Virus record (IMG/VR): IMGVR_UViG_3300031251_000001 | Coordinates: 62,001-126,000 of that record | Length of the DNA stretch: 64,000 bases | Direction: 5' to 3' (one strand) | Translations under genes and position numbers: made by a program | Shown here: positions 21,020-30,492 of the stretch, one piece after another | Layout of the letters: each line of letters begins with the position of its first letter | How positions within the stretch are numbered: the stretch's first letter is position 1 | Notes under the pieces: generated by a model | Database searches by the model: none | What the model saw: only the letters and a program-made list of their open reading frames with translations | Told to the model about the DNA's origin: nothing

Positions 21020-21577
21020 CTATTTCTTGCATAAGGCGGTGAAGGCATCCTTCTCGTTGTAAGGCTTGCTCTTGTCGGCGATCGCCTTTGTCTCGGCGGT
21101 CGCCAGACCGTCCAGAATGCCCATGATCTCCTCGGTGGTGGAGACCTGGTTGAGGTTGGTGCTGGCGGTGATCAGGTCGGCAATGCGTCGATATGACACG
21201 GCCACCTTAACGGCGTAGTCGTGCTGCTCTTTGCCGGCATATCTCCATTCTTCAATCGCTGCATCGGCCAGGGCCGCTGCATTGATGTACTGCTGGGCTA
21301 CCTTGCCCGACCGCCAGCCCTTCCACCAGATGCTGGAGACCGTCTCCATGTTCCAGAGACGGATCTTGGTAGCGTAACTGGTCAGCTCTCGGCTGGCTTC
21401 CTCTTTGTCGGTGGCGGCGTTGCCCACCCAGATCTTCTGCCCAAACAGACCAAAGCACCAGGTCTTGTCCTCAATCTGAAGATTGCGGAAAGACTCGTGA
21501 CGCTGAGGACCGTAGTCCTGGGCGGAAGCGAGGCCAGTGGAAACCAACACGGCCAGGATTGCGACGAACTTCTTCAT
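21020..21577 (-). CDS. Secreted hypothetical protein (moron-like)
   Basis: Start MKKFVAILAVLVSTGLASA-QD is a classical Sec signal peptide. GGGAG RBS. Confidence 0.75.
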   Translation of the reverse strand: MKKFVAILAVLVSTGLASAQDYGPQRHESFRNLQIEDKTWCFGLFGQKIWVGNAATDKEEASRELTSYATKIRLWNMETVSSIWWKGWRSGKVAQQYINAAALADAAIEEWRYAGKEQHDYAVKVAVSYRRIADLITASTNLNQVSTTEEIMGILDGLATAETKAIADKSKPYNEKDAFTALCKK

Positions 21578-21668
21578 AACTCGGACTCCCTTGAAAGGGT
21601 GAAACGGAACAACCCAACCGACCATCGGCTGGGCTTAGGTGCGTGTTTAACGTCACGCCGGACGAGCC

Positions 21669-22031
21669 TCAGACGACGATACGCGCGTTATCGATCATGC
21701 GACCGGTGAGTGTCGGTTCGTCGTGCTGAGCTTGACGATCGGCCATGGCAGCCCGCAGGTCTGCCGCTGACCATTGTTTGATCCTCTGCTGTGGCTCCCG
21801 GACGGGAGCAAATTGACTGATCCCGCTCGGCTGGTGGGGAGCGTCGATCCAACGGACCACCGGGGAGCCGCCAGGCCCGAAGGCCTCAACGATCCAGGCG
21901 ATCCCCTTGGTCAAGTGACCAGCCAGATTCGCTATGCCTTGAGCCAGCATAACGACTAGGCCGGCCAGAGAGCCGAGGGAGCCCTCAAAGCACTTCATGA
22001 AGATGAATCCAGTCAGTAACCAGAAAGCCAT
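21669..22031 (-). CDS. Membrane hypothetical protein (moron-like)
   Basis: Hydrophobic N-terminal half; lies downstream of the candidate promoter. Confidence 0.55.
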   Translation of the reverse strand: MAFWLLTGFIFMKCFEGSLGSLAGLVVMLAQGIANLAGHLTKGIAWIVEAFGPGGSPVVRWIDAPHQPSGISQFAPVREPQQRIKQWSAADLRAAMADRQAQHDEPTLTGRMIDNARIVV

Positions 22032-22086
22032 GTTAAGCCCCAAAGTAAGAGATGATGTATACCGGTGAGGTATACGATCTTCATGT

Positions 22087-22115
22087 GTTATGACGCAAAT
22101 AGGGCTGTAATTTAG
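22087..22115 (-). promoter_or_regulatory. Candidate promoter CTAAA-N13-TGCGTCATAAC, copy 1
   Basis: The identical bipartite motif with identical spacing recurs at 51672-51700. Confidence 0.55.
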
Positions 22116-22132
22116 TGGTTTTCAGAGCCTTC

Positions 22133-22148
22133 CAAAATACGTATTTTG
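22133..22148. repeat. Dispersed palindrome CAAAATACGTATTTTG, copy 2
   Basis: 16-bp perfect palindrome between a terminator and the candidate promoter. Confidence 0.95.
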
Positions 22149-22153
22149 CAACG

Positions 22154-22181
22154 AAAAAACGGCGAGGAAAACCTCGCCGTT
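22154..22181 (-). terminator. Intrinsic terminator ending the capsid operon
   Basis: AACGGCGAGG-TTTT-CCTCGCCGTT followed by TTTT. Confidence 0.85.
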
Positions 22182-22202
22182 GTCATAGTTAGATCAGCTC
22201 GA

Positions 22203-22817
22203 TTAGGAGGTCGAGTGAGTGCCGATGCCGCTGGCGGTGCCTTGACCTTCGGCTGTGACAGCACGGACTCGGAAGTCGTAGCTGGTGGCAGTCGTGAGGC
22301 CGGTCACCGTGTGGGTCGTACCAGTACCTGCGGAAGGTACCTGGGTCCAGCTGTTGGCGCTGTGGACAGACCATTCCACAATGTAGCTGAGGATCGGTCG
22401 AGTACCGGGGTCGGTAGGAGCCGTCCAGTTGACGACCTGGGTCGTCGCTGCGGTAGTACCGAAGGTCGGCGTACCAGGAGGGCCAGCAACCACTTCTGTG
22501 GAAGGTACTTTGGTTCCGACAGTTCCGCTCGCCGAGGTGATGTCGTAGAGACCACCATTGACGGTATCCAGAACTTGCGGTGCTGGGGGGATAATAGCAA
22601 TGGTGCCAGCGACAACCAATGCTTCGATTTCAGCGCTCATCCGCTTGGGAGAACGACGATTGCCTGCAGAGATGAGATCTCCGATCGACCCGATGTTATC
22701 GAGCATCACGGAGCCATTTGCGGGAATCGTGCCACCCCACGGAGGCAAGAAGGCGATGTATTGATCCTGAGCTGTCAGGTTCTTTACAACCGTCTTCAAG
22801 CTGTTGGCAGTTGACAT
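22203..22817 (-). CDS. Putative capsid-associated protein with C-terminal fibronectin type III domain
   Basis: FN3 signature 'PGTP...VNWTAP...YIVEW...TVTGL...SYDFRVRAV...G'. Confidence 0.75.
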   Translation of the reverse strand: MSTANSLKTVVKNLTAQDQYIAFLPPWGGTIPANGSVMLDNIGSIGDLISAGNRRSPKRMSAEIEALVVAGTIAIIPPAPQVLDTVNGGLYDITSASGTVGTKVPSTEVVAGPPGTPTFGTTAATTQVVNWTAPTDPGTRPILSYIVEWSVHSANSWTQVPSAGTGTTHTVTGLTTATSYDFRVRAVTAEGQGTASGIGTHSTS

Positions 22818-22879
22818 GATCACCTCGTTAATCCGGCCGCGATCGACCGGTGGGATAGTTGGTTATTGAGTACCTGGGG

Positions 22880-23233
22880 TTATTCCTGATCGGCTTCCGC
22901 CTCGAAAGCCACTGCTGCGGCCTCCGAGAGGACAGCATCGCTTGCCAGCTTACTGACCAGTTCGCCGAGGTCGTTTTCCTCGGTGGACTGGGTGGTGAAG
23001 CGGCTGACGATGTCGTTGGCCTGCTTGGCCACGCCGGCGAATCGATCCTGAGTAGCGATCAATCCGTGTTCCTGCGCGGTCACCAGGTCATCAGCCAGTT
23101 TGATCAGGCTGTAGCGTTCCGCATCATTTTCCGGAACCAAGTCGAAAGCGTGCTTCAGCTTATCGAACATCACGTTGTCGCGGAGTTCGGTGAGCTGACC
23201 ACGGGACCTCTCGATCACTTGGATATTGTTCAT
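22880..23233 (-). CDS. Hypothetical head-module protein
   Basis: 117 aa after the major capsid gene, with three K-x-A motifs. Confidence 0.65.
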   Translation of the reverse strand: MNNIQVIERSRGQLTELRDNVMFDKLKHAFDLVPENDAERYSLIKLADDLVTAQEHGLIATQDRFAGVAKQANDIVSRFTTQSTEENDLGELVSKLASDAVLSEAAAVAFEAEADQE

Positions 23234-23302
23234 GTTTGAATCCTTGTGTCTGTAAGTGAGGAAGAGACACCGCTAGCTTACACTAGCGGCACTCCCGTGG
23301 GA

Positions 23303-24256
23303 TTAGTATTGGATGCGGACCAAGCCGTTGGTGTTGGCGATGACAGCACCGAAGCGCTGGTACACCGACATCCTCACGACTTCTTTATGACGCTCAATAA
23401 AGAGCATCGGCTCCGACATGTAGATATGTTTGCCCAGGCAATCTGGCTTCGCAAAATAGTAAGCCTCGCCGGTCTGCACCAGGGCCTTCTTGATGGTGAT
23501 TCGCCAGGTCAAGTCGAACAGGTTGTCCTGAACCTTGAACTCCTGGGAATAGAGACCACGCTTGGCGATCAGTTCAGCGGTGTCACCACCCCATTCCTGA
23601 CGATTCCACTTGGCCACATCGAAGAAGGTGATGTGATTGACCAGGCCCACCTTGGCGGGGAAGCTGGAGGGGGTGTCGGCCAGAGTCTTGAGAGACTCGA
23701 CCAGGGACTCACGGGAGAACCCGCCGCCCACGTCCTTGTACTGGACGGAGCCGGAAGTAGCGACCGTGCTTCCCATCGTGCCGACAGCGAACTGGCAGGC
23801 CGATGTAAAGACGGTATCTTTTTCCGCTGAAAGATCTTTCGTCATGTTATCGACGACGATCTGGCGGATGTCCATGTCGTAGGTGACGAGATCGCCAACG
23901 TCGACTTGGACTTCGGGGGTTTCCACGTGCTGAACGGTGAGGCGGTAGCGATCACCACGCAGGTAGAAGTCATCGGTGCTGGAAGCGAAGGCCATGCTGA
24001 TGGCAGCAGGGCTATCGGGTTCCATGTCGAGCACGTACCCAGGGCGTGGGTCGTCGATCGACTTGTCATACCGACCCTCGGCCTTCTCGCCGGGGATAAT
24101 GTCATCAAGATACCCGGTTTCACGGAGCATCTTGCGGATGAACGATCGGATGCCGTCTTCGGCCTTCTTGGTCCGCATCGGGTCGCCACTGAGGTAGTTA
24201 TCACGCCATTGGGCGTTTGCCTGCCTCATGTCTTCCCGAGTGTATGTCTGCGTCAT
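23303..24256 (-). CDS. Major capsid protein (HK97-fold, inferred)
   Basis: 317 aa at the end of the protease-scaffold-decoration run; 'IRKMLRE.G....I.P' and C-terminal 'FG.VIAN..G'. Confidence 0.75.
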   Translation of the reverse strand: MTQTYTREDMRQANAQWRDNYLSGDPMRTKKAEDGIRSFIRKMLRETGYLDDIIPGEKAEGRYDKSIDDPRPGYVLDMEPDSPAAISMAFASSTDDFYLRGDRYRLTVQHVETPEVQVDVGDLVTYDMDIRQIVVDNMTKDLSAEKDTVFTSACQFAVGTMGSTVATSGSVQYKDVGGGFSRESLVESLKTLADTPSSFPAKVGLVNHITFFDVAKWNRQEWGGDTAELIAKRGLYSQEFKVQDNLFDLTWRITIKKALVQTGEAYYFAKPDCLGKHIYMSEPMLFIERHKEVVRMSVYQRFGAVIANTNGLVRIQY

Positions 24257-24318
24257 GCGTAATTCCTTTTACAGCATTGTGAGTTGAGGGGAAGTCAGTT
24301 CATTCCTGGTACACAGGA

Positions 24319-24873
24319 TTAGGACACAGGCCAGGACAGCCAAGTCCAGAATGCACAGGCTTCCGCCTTGCGCTGAGGATTGAGTTGAATACCACGGCTG
24401 ACGATGCCCACGATGGTGTTGGTGGGGTGAACACCGACCACCAGCTTGCCCACCGTGCCACCTGAAGTGGGGCTGGTGAGCGGAGCATTACGGACATAGT
24501 CACCGAGGTTATCGGTGTCGATTTCCGTGCTGAGCAGCTCGTAACCACCGGTGGCTACCAGGGTGTTGAACACACCAGTAGGGCCGGCAGGGACGAAGGC
24601 TCCCTTGTCAACAGAGGGATCGCCGCCGTAGTTATTCACATCAGCGTCGTACTCATTGTTGCGGAGGAACAGTGGCATCACCTTGGTGTTGCCGACACCA
24701 GGCAGCAGAGTGCCGGTGGATGTTTGGTGACAGACCATGCCTTCATAGGCGATGAGGTCGTCAGGCCAGCTCGCGTCTTGCTTGGCGCGATAATCGAGGC
24801 ACTTCTCGTTGATCTTCCAGTTTTTCAGGGCATCAAGAGTGTGCTCACCGATTCGGCGGGGCTTCGTAATCAT
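24319..24873 (-). CDS. Putative head decoration / cement protein
   Basis: 184 aa, beta-rich, directly upstream of the major capsid gene. Confidence 0.5.
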   Translation of the reverse strand: MITKPRRIGEHTLDALKNWKINEKCLDYRAKQDASWPDDLIAYEGMVCHQTSTGTLLPGVGNTKVMPLFLRNNEYDADVNNYGGDPSVDKGAFVPAGPTGVFNTLVATGGYELLSTEIDTDNLGDYVRNAPLTSPTSGGTVGKLVVGVHPTNTIVGIVSRGIQLNPQRKAEACAFWTWLSWPVS

Positions 24874-24933
24874 CGTGATCAGACCTCCATGTCGGATGCA
24901 GTTAAAGAGCCGGCCAGAGCCGGGTTAGGATTG

Positions 24934-25314
24934 TTATTGCTGACTTTCCACGAACTCATCGTTCGCTTCATCGCGACCGATGCGAATCCGGTCGCCTGCC
25001 GTCTTGGGCATGGCGCGACCAGGTCCACCGACCGTCACCTCGTCCTGTTCCTTGGAAATCATTTCAGCTACCTTGCGGAGCTTGATGAGAGCCTCGGCGT
25101 GAGAGGACAAGTTGGCAGCAGCGGTCTTACGCTGCTCATGCTTGACGAGCCCGACTTTGATAAGGGCGTCAACGGTTGGAAGGACTTCATCTTGAGCGGC
25201 CTTGTGAGCCAGCTCATGAAGAGCAATTTCCTCTGCGGACTTGGCGACCGTCGCATGCGAGATCATCGCATAGGACGCCACCTTCCGGAGGAAGTTTTGA
25301 AGTTTGGTGCTCAT
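24934..25314 (-). CDS. Hypothetical head/scaffold-associated protein
   Basis: 126 aa, helical, with six K-x-A motifs. Confidence 0.65.
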   Translation of the reverse strand: MSTKLQNFLRKVASYAMISHATVAKSAEEIALHELAHKAAQDEVLPTVDALIKVGLVKHEQRKTAAANLSSHAEALIKLRKVAEMISKEQDEVTVGGPGRAMPKTAGDRIRIGRDEANDEFVESQQ

Positions 25315-25352
25315 AGTTACCTCAGTATCGGAATTGTTAAGAGGAAGCGATC

Positions 25353-25376
25353 ACCCCGGAACTCATGTTCCGGGGT
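25353..25376. other. Intergenic stem-loop
   Basis: ACCCCGGAAC-TCAT-GTTCCGGGGT with no U-tract. Confidence 0.55.
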
Positions 25377-25389
25377 AACCGGGAGTTGA

Positions 25390-26673
25390 CTAGCGTGATC
25401 GGCGAATGATCTCTTCCGCGAGAGCCGCTGCGGCCTTCGGGGTGAGCTTGGTGACCTTGGCTGGCACCTTATCGGCTGCCATCTTGGGGGCACCTGCTGC
25501 GGGTGGAGGAGGAGCACCACCGCTGGCGTCAGCACCACCGGCTGCACCGGCATCGGGAGGAGGAGGTCCGCCGGCACCTGCGTCAGCACCGCCGCCTTGG
25601 GCGTGGGCCTGATCAAGCAACTGCTGGATTTCCTCATCGGACATGCCCTGCTGCTTGAGCAGCTGGACGATCTCTTCGTCGCTCATCTCGCCGCCTTCGC
25701 CACCTGGTGCACCGCCGCCTGGAGGGCCACCGGCTGCAGCATCAGGAGGAGGGGGACCGCCGCCACCCATGTCAGCACCACCGCCGCCACCGCCATCGGG
25801 TGGGGGAGGAGGAGCATCAGCAGCCCGCTTGGCGGGAGTGACGACCTTGGTTGCGGCAGCCGTCTTGGCTCGGGCATTCTTGGTCAACTGAGCCTTGGCT
25901 TCGGCGATCTTGTTGTCGGAAGCGATCTTGGATAAGTGCTGGCCTACCAGTTCAGCACGATCAGCACCAGCGCGAACGAACACCTCCAGAGTCTGGCGGC
26001 GATCTTCGGCGGATGCCTTCTTGCTGATGGTGCCGGCTACGGGAGCCTTGCCCTGGCCAACCTTAGCGTCACCGGCAGTCTTGGCACTCTTGCCAGCTGC
26101 GGGAGCCACTTCGATTTCACCGAGCATGTCGTTGATATCAAGCATCAGCTCACCAGCGGCCTTGTTGAAGGCAGGGTAGAGATCCTTGATGTCCATGGAG
26201 GCATACTTCTTGCCGTCCAGCTCCTCGTTGTCGACTCGCAGGGGAGTCGTGGAGCCTGGGTCCTCTTTCTTGTTGCTGAGGACGCCGGACAACTCGTTCT
26301 TGGGGTCTTCACCCGTCAGAGCGATGCTGTCGTTGGCAGCGGTGTGGTCCATGCCATTGTCCCCGGCAACCTTACCGGTGAGACGATTGATAATTTTGTC
26401 CATAGCGGTTTTATCCAGGGGTTCGACGCCAAGATCCTTGACGTCCTTGTCGTTTTCTTTTGCGTGACTTCCTTCCTCATTGGGCTGAGTCTGGTCGTCG
26501 ACGGTCTTGGAGGGACTTTCAGTTTTACCGTCCATGTTGGTTTCGGACGGCTGTGGTTCTGATTCAGCTTCCGCTTTCTTCTTCTTGACGGGAGCCACGG
26601 CAACGGCGGAAGCGGTCTTCCGGGTTGCAATGAGTTCGTCCAGCTGAGAAAGCAGCGAAGGTCGCTTGGACAT
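25390..26673 (-). CDS. Putative scaffolding / internal head protein
   Basis: Low-complexity, charged, with a Gly/Pro-rich tail and more than 10 K-x-A motifs. Follows the protease. Confidence 0.6.
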   Translation of the reverse strand: MSKRPSLLSQLDELIATRKTASAVAVAPVKKKKAEAESEPQPSETNMDGKTESPSKTVDDQTQPNEEGSHAKENDKDVKDLGVEPLDKTAMDKIINRLTGKVAGDNGMDHTAANDSIALTGEDPKNELSGVLSNKKEDPGSTTPLRVDNEELDGKKYASMDIKDLYPAFNKAAGELMLDINDMLGEIEVAPAAGKSAKTAGDAKVGQGKAPVAGTISKKASAEDRRQTLEVFVRAGADRAELVGQHLSKIASDNKIAEAKAQLTKNARAKTAAATKVVTPAKRAADAPPPPPDGGGGGGADMGGGGPPPPDAAAGGPPGGGAPGGEGGEMSDEEIVQLLKQQGMSDEEIQQLLDQAHAQGGGADAGAGGPPPPDAGAAGGADASGGAPPPPAAGAPKMAADKVPAKVTKLTPKAAAALAEEIIRRSR

Positions 26674-26717
26674 GTGGGAAGTTCCTTTTTGGTTATTGCA
26701 CCTGCGAGAGCCCGTAC

Positions 26718-28124
26718 TCATATATCTTGCGCTATTGTGCCCCGCAGCGTCAACGAGATGTCAACAGCGGAAGGGAGGTAGCGAGATAGTGCAGCGAGGC
26801 GGTAATCCACGTAATCGCTGGCGAGCTTCCTGCCTTCCGCGGTGACAGAAACGGAAGACAGGGTGGGACGACGTGGAGAAACAGACGAGCGGATGGCACG
26901 TGTGGTGTACCCGAACTCAATCCCTAACTCCCCGGCAACCTTGGACACGGTCGACGCCATATTGACGTTTTTGCTGTCAGCCTTGGCCCAGCGATCGGAA
27001 CGTGGATCATAGCTGTCGCACGTGTCGCGGGCTTCTTTGTACATATCGAACAAGCAGGATCGGGCAGCGCCGAGGTGATCGACTCGTCCGGACAAGGCGG
27101 CGAAATCGTTCAGGTTGGCGAAGATGCCACGGTCGGCCAGGGCAGCCAACTGATCAGGAAGATCACGAGCCGTGACGATCTTGCTGAGCTGAGGCAGGTC
27201 ACAATGCCATTGATAGGCGACGTGAGCCGGCATCTCTTCTTCGCTGAAGTCACACAGGAGACTGGCGATCTTGAACCGCATCTTGGATTCGGGACCCGCA
27301 TCGTTGGTCATCACCCAGGAGGGACCACGGATACCCATAAGCAGGGCCAGCTGAGCTGAGCCGATGATGCCGCCATCCGCCCGCTTCTTGGCGAAGTCGG
27401 AGATGGTGGCATAGGAGGTACGTCCAGCAGGGCGGTGGACCGTGGAGATATCCACGAAATAAGAATCAGGATTGAACACGCCCATCTGGACCATGTCATT
27501 CCCGACCTTCACAACCTGGCCAAGGTGCTCGGCACACCCGCCGCCGGGGCAGGTCGCTGCGGTACAGTAGTCCGCAGCTGTCTTGGCCTTGTTCTTGCAG
27601 ACGCCGCAGACGTCATGAGCCACGCGGGCACCCATTGAGATCGGCAGATCGTCACCAGCTTCGAGCCTGTTGATTTCGTAGCTGGCGACTTTACCCTTGT
27701 TCCGATCGGCAGCGGTCTTATTGCTGCTGAGACCGGCGAGCAGCTCGATGCGACCCATGTCGGGGTTGTGCATCGACGCCACGACTCGACCAAAGCTATT
27801 GGTAGGATCTTCGTCGTCGTGATTGCGGTACCAGCGGGCATACTTGACGAAGGTGTGGTGGCGGTCCTCGCATTCCTTGCGGGTCCAGCCATCACCCTTG
27901 CGGTTGAAGCCGGTGGTCTCGTGATCGGCGACCGCCAGGCCGTGCACCAGCAGCTCATCAGGGAAGAGCTTGGTGTTGGCGACCTTTCGCATCAGGTCAT
28001 CACTGGCGCGTTTACGGAACTCGTTCTTATCGTTGCCACGCAGGCCACGACGAGAAACTTTCACGGGGTAGAGCACTTGCTCGCCGTGAAAGTCGAAGTC
28101 CAGCGGGTCGACGATTTTGAACAT
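26718..28124 (-). CDS. Prohead (capsid maturation) protease
   Basis: 'N..GDGW', 'YRNH', 'ISMG' (catalytic Ser candidate), then CxxC and 'FVDIS.V..PA'. Upstream of scaffold and major capsid genes. Confidence 0.7.
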   Translation of the reverse strand: MFKIVDPLDFDFHGEQVLYPVKVSRRGLRGNDKNEFRKRASDDLMRKVANTKLFPDELLVHGLAVADHETTGFNRKGDGWTRKECEDRHHTFVKYARWYRNHDDEDPTNSFGRVVASMHNPDMGRIELLAGLSSNKTAADRNKGKVASYEINRLEAGDDLPISMGARVAHDVCGVCKNKAKTAADYCTAATCPGGGCAEHLGQVVKVGNDMVQMGVFNPDSYFVDISTVHRPAGRTSYATISDFAKKRADGGIIGSAQLALLMGIRGPSWVMTNDAGPESKMRFKIASLLCDFSEEEMPAHVAYQWHCDLPQLSKIVTARDLPDQLAALADRGIFANLNDFAALSGRVDHLGAARSCLFDMYKEARDTCDSYDPRSDRWAKADSKNVNMASTVSKVAGELGIEFGYTTRAIRSSVSPRRPTLSSVSVTAEGRKLASDYVDYRLAALSRYLPSAVDISLTLRGTIAQDI

Positions 28125-29288
28125 TTACTTCCCTACGATTTTCTTGATGTTTTCGAGTCGTGCTTGCTGTTCGGGTGAGGTATTCGGGGCGGTCAGTGAC
28201 CGGTAGATGTCGTAGCCGGCACCCATAGCCATGGGTCCCAGGGCTCGACCCATCTGTCCGCCCGGCCTGATCCCGCGAGTGAGGAAACCGCGGTAGAGCT
28301 GGGGAGCAGCGGTCACCTTGGGGGCCTTGACTCCGGCAACGCCAGCTGCGGCACCAGCACTACCAGCGGCATGAAGAGCATTGCGGCCCTTATCGGCAAA
28401 TTGCTCAGCAGCGTTGATGGAGACGGACTTGCCGGCCGTGCCCATCAATGCTGGTTTGCCGGCTTCCATGGTGTGATTACCTCTCCACTGTTTGAGCGCT
28501 TCTTTACCAGTGTCGAAGATATTGCGTGTCTTCCTGAGTTCGCGTTCCTGGAGATTACGGGCCAGGCTGTTTTGTCCTTTCTCGCCCATGTTGAGCACGT
28601 TTTTAGCGTTGTCGGAAATAGTAGCGTCGCCATGACTCTGCATGGCGTTAGCGCCTTCGACGAGGTTCCTGGGGTCGCCGAGAACTGTGGATTTTACCTT
28701 GGGGCTGAGACCGGCGTTAAGGATACCGACACCGGCACCGATGGTGGTACCAGGTGCGGCTTCAGCCAAGTCCTTGCCTTTGTCGTAACCAAAGCGAACG
28801 CCGCCCTTGATGCCTCGCTGTGCCCAGGAGGGACCAGGATCATTCTTGTAATCCTGGAAGTCCTTGGTGTGCAGCGCGTCGGTCATTTTCGACGGATCAA
28901 TGGCTCCGCCTGGATAAGAGAAGTCTCCCTTGGGGGTGACAGGCGGGGCCGCCTTGTTGAGGCTCTGATAGGCCATGCGACCACCGTAGCCCATCGCTCC
29001 ACCGACGGCAGCACCGCCAGCAGCGCGACGCAGACGATCCTTGATGCCGTTTCCGGTCAAGAGACCCGCAGCACCGCCGGCAACCGCACCGCTGACGGTG
29101 GGGTTGCTGAGGATCTGGCTACCGATGCCTTTGACTGCAGCGGGTGTTTGGACGATGGGATCACGCATGGTGTTCCCGATGCCCTTGAGCTTTTCCATGA
29201 TGGTGGACATCACGCTTGGGTCCGTCGCCTGCTTGTTGTGATAGGCGTTCCCCAGAATCTCCGCGATGTCAGCAGCGACCTTATTCAT
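28125..29288 (-). CDS. Putative internal virion protein with glycine-zipper segments
   Basis: 387 aa with GxxxG hydrophobic runs and N-terminal KVA/KQA. Confidence 0.55.
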   Translation of the reverse strand: MNKVAADIAEILGNAYHNKQATDPSVMSTIMEKLKGIGNTMRDPIVQTPAAVKGIGSQILSNPTVSGAVAGGAAGLLTGNGIKDRLRRAAGGAAVGGAMGYGGRMAYQSLNKAAPPVTPKGDFSYPGGAIDPSKMTDALHTKDFQDYKNDPGPSWAQRGIKGGVRFGYDKGKDLAEAAPGTTIGAGVGILNAGLSPKVKSTVLGDPRNLVEGANAMQSHGDATISDNAKNVLNMGEKGQNSLARNLQERELRKTRNIFDTGKEALKQWRGNHTMEAGKPALMGTAGKSVSINAAEQFADKGRNALHAAGSAGAAAGVAGVKAPKVTAAPQLYRGFLTRGIRPGGQMGRALGPMAMGAGYDIYRSLTAPNTSPEQQARLENIKKIVGK

Positions 29289-30492
29289 TGGGCTTCCTTG
29301 CTTCGCGTGGGGGAGAGATGGTGCGCTCGAGGTTACTCATCTCCTGCAGCTCAAAGGGCTGAGGAGCCGATTGCAGGGCACGACGCAGGAGCGGTTTGAG
29401 GGCTCCTGGCATGCGGGCAATGTGCGGGGCGACGGCGGCGATGTCGTTGGTCTTCTGCACAATCTTGTGCAGCGGTACATCACGGATAGGGTCATCCGGA
29501 TCGTTGATCACGTGACTGAGCACCGCCTTGGAGCGGATGCTGTTCAGATCCTGGGTGTGGTTAGGATCGTTGAGGTCGTCGTAGAGCGACTGGACCTGGC
29601 TGCCGTCCGAAGGCTTGCCCATGATGGACTGCCCCAGGGCGGTACCGATACCGATGTTGCCGATGTCACCCAGGCCGGCTTGTTTCTCGAAATCCAAAAT
29701 ACGTATTTTGGCTTGCTCCACCTGGTCGATCGCGGTCTTGACCCGATCCACGTCGGCAATGAGTTCCTTCACATAGGTGAAGGGAGCCGAGTTCAGGTTG
29801 ATCCGTCCGGTGACGACGTGATGATCACTGGCCCGCTTGTCGGTGTGCTCCAGGCCGATGTCGGTAAACAGGCCATCCATATCGAAGTCGGCGTGGACGT
29901 GCTTGCAGACCGCTTCCACGTCGGCCAGGGAGAGTCGAGAGTGTTGTGGCATCTTGAAGTAGTTGGCCAGCTTCCGCATGTTGAGCAGGGCCGTCTCGCG
30001 GGATGATTCGATATCGACGTTGAGCCGTTCGACTGTTTCGCGGTCGGCAGCCAGCTTCTTCATGATGCCGAAGAACGGACGCTCGGCCGGTTTCTCGACG
30101 TCGGAGGCCGCTTTTTGAAAGAAAACGGCCGGTACTTCGGGCAACGGGTCGACATGGAGCTGCAGCGGGGCAAAAGCGTCGCTAGCCACCTTCACCCGCG
30201 CTGCAGGTGTACTCTTGGGCTTTTCGCCGTAGACGTGGTCGATCGCTTTGTCGATGTCGGCCAGGGGCATGCTGGCCAGTTTGTCGGCGGCGGTCTTGCC
30301 TCGCTGGAATTGATCGACCTGGGCACCGGAGTTATAGATGCTGCCGGCCACGCGGATGAAGCCGGGCTGGAGGTCGAGCTCCTGGGCCGTCTTGACCAAG
30401 GCGTCCGTAGGGTGGCAATCAGCGTCGACGTGGTAACCGATGCGGTCCACGGCTCGTACCAACTTTTGTTCGTCGGCGCTAGTTAGCTTCAC
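29281..30492 (-). CDS. Putative internal virion protein
   Basis: 403 aa with about 10 K-x-A motifs. Confidence 0.6.
   Translation of the reverse strand: MKLTSADEQKLVRAVDRIGYHVDADCHPTDALVKTAQELDLQPGFIRVAGSIYNSGAQVDQFQRGKTAADKLASMPLADIDKAIDHVYGEKPKSTPAARVKVASDAFAPLQLHVDPLPEVPAVFFQKAASDVEKPAERPFFGIMKKLAADRETVERLNVDIESSRETALLNMRKLANYFKMPQHSRLSLADVEAVCKHVHADFDMDGLFTDIGLEHTDKRASDHHVVTGRINLNSAPFTYVKELIADVDRVKTAIDQVEQAKIRILDFEKQAGLGDIGNIGIGTALGQSIMGKPSDGSQVQSLYDDLNDPNHTQDLNSIRSKAVLSHVINDPDDPIRDVPLHKIVQKTNDIAAVAPHIARMPGALKPLLRRALQSAPQPFELQEMSNLERTISPPREARKPNE
29694..29711. repeat. Dispersed palindrome CCAAAATACGTATTTTGG, copy 3 (intragenic)
   Basis: 18-bp palindrome encoding AKIRILD with AT-rich codons. 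Confidence 0.95.

Noticed and set aside
23385-23395. Third GCGTCATAA promoter-like box
   Set aside because: It lies inside the major capsid gene and lacks the CTAAA box at the conserved spacing.
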